From the NCBI GenBank assembly GCA_002633005.1, contig NMRA01000243.1, positions 526,140 through 590,139 of the forward strand: a stretch of 64,000 bases of DNA. The letters are read 5' to 3'. The DNA is from Phoronis australis (Eukaryota > Animalia > Phoronida). The position numbers and the translations under genes are program-made. A model generated the notes under the pieces. It did no database searches, had not been told where the DNA came from, and saw only the letters and a list, made by a program, of their open reading frames with translations. Positions 62,665 through 64,000 of the stretch are shown here, in pieces (the first letter of the stretch is position 1; the number at the start of each line of letters is the position of its first letter).

Positions 62665-64000
62665 CTAGAAAACAAATGCTTCGTCATCACTCGAGCAAAG
62701 TCAAATTATAGGCGCAATGAGCAACGTGATTGAGCACTAGATTTGCCTCTGAATACAGTTAACATGGATACAATTATTTCTGTTTATTTTATTCTCGACC
62801 ATTATACACTGTAGGTTATCGAAACAGACTCTTCTATTGTAGTGATCTCTACTTATTGCCATCCTGCCTACACCAGTCAACACTGTTCACATGTAATAGC
62901 CCTTTTTCATCCTTAAAAACCTTCTCTCTCAGTTTTCTCGCGCCTAAATACAGTGGTCTCAGGCAAGGAGATTAAAGATCAGGTATCACTAAGCCACCAC
63001 CCTGTAACAAAAGCGTTGCAGAATCCAGTCACTAGGTGGCGAGACCGTCCCGTCCACGAGTCGGCTCACCTGGAAGTGCCGAAATTTCGCGAATCCGCAA
63101 TGAGACTTAAAGGAGCATGCCACCAAAAACGATGTATTTTGCATCCATTAAGATCGACCAGTTCTGCTAGACAACGGCACGTTCACACTAAAACTAGCCT
63201 GTGACGTCATCGGATATACACAGTCTGTTGCACCTTTCACCACTAGGCATTTATCGGCATACGATTATCCCTTCAATTAATCGTTTTACACCAATGAAAT
63301 ATTAAACATAGATGCAAAACCCTTATGAATACATTTAATTTTACAAAAAGGGGCTATTTCATTTCATAAGAAATTTTGAACGTGGCTAGGCTGACGGTAC
63401 CCAGCAAACTTCCCGAGTTCTACCGCGGAAAGTTTGGACCTGTTCAGTCATAAATCAAATCGATTCTTCCGTGTACAATGTACAGTAAATGACACTTGCT
63501 AATAGTTAAGTAATAAACAAACGAAACGCTCACTACCACGCACCGACTCAGGCGCCGGTCAGGCCGGCGGGTGAATGATCGCGAACATAGCGTACCACTT
63601 TGTCAGCCGGCTCTGATGTGTAAGATGGACACTAAAAATTCTTAGAACATTTGCAAGTCACGAGCGCTCCAAATAATTACAACAAGAGCAACGCAGAGCG
63701 TTGAAATGCGCCCACAATTGCACCGCATACGGTATCCTTCTAGGGTTGTTTATTGGTACCATAAAGTGGCCAGTAGAGGGCATATATGTAGTATGTTGTA
63801 CTTTGCAAAATGGAAAGGTATGGTCCTTGTCTCCTCAATAGGCTAGGGGCAAAATGTGAGTAATCTTCATAATACAAGCACATCCTATACACCAGTTGCT
63901 TAAAGCACCACAGAAACATAGAATTAAAAACAAATTTACCAACATACGAGATTAGCACAGCATTAGAATGCCAGAAACAAATTTCTACTTGGAACTTTTC

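Overview
AT-rich, intron-containing animal genomic DNA, most consistent with an invertebrate (probably lophotrochozoan; this is inference). Most short ORFs in the track are noise, so genes were rebuilt from splice signals. Five genes are supported. (1) The last coding exon of a CBARP/BARP-like Ca-channel beta-subunit regulator (+, 1-915). (2) A ~610-aa basic, disordered orphan gene (-, 12227-5980) whose last intron looks like decayed coding sequence. (3) A 3-exon GPI-anchored Ly6/quiver-type three-finger protein (+, 15355-17770). (4) A small spliced CaaX-box (CVIL) protein absent from the ORF track (-, 26176-20311), with candidate alternative exons. (5) The 3' ten exons (~894 aa visible) of a mosaic type I membrane protein (-, 62664-52870): acidic DNDCDG repeats, IgGFc-binding N-terminal domain, 51 Gly-X-Y triplets, three Ca-EGF modules, a TM helix and an NPxY tail. 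The rest is intronic or intergenic and rich in transposon debris: a decayed LINE, a Kolobok-like element, THAP-bearing elements, four MITEs with 5-bp TSDs, foldbacks, and a probable haplotype duplication at an assembly gap.
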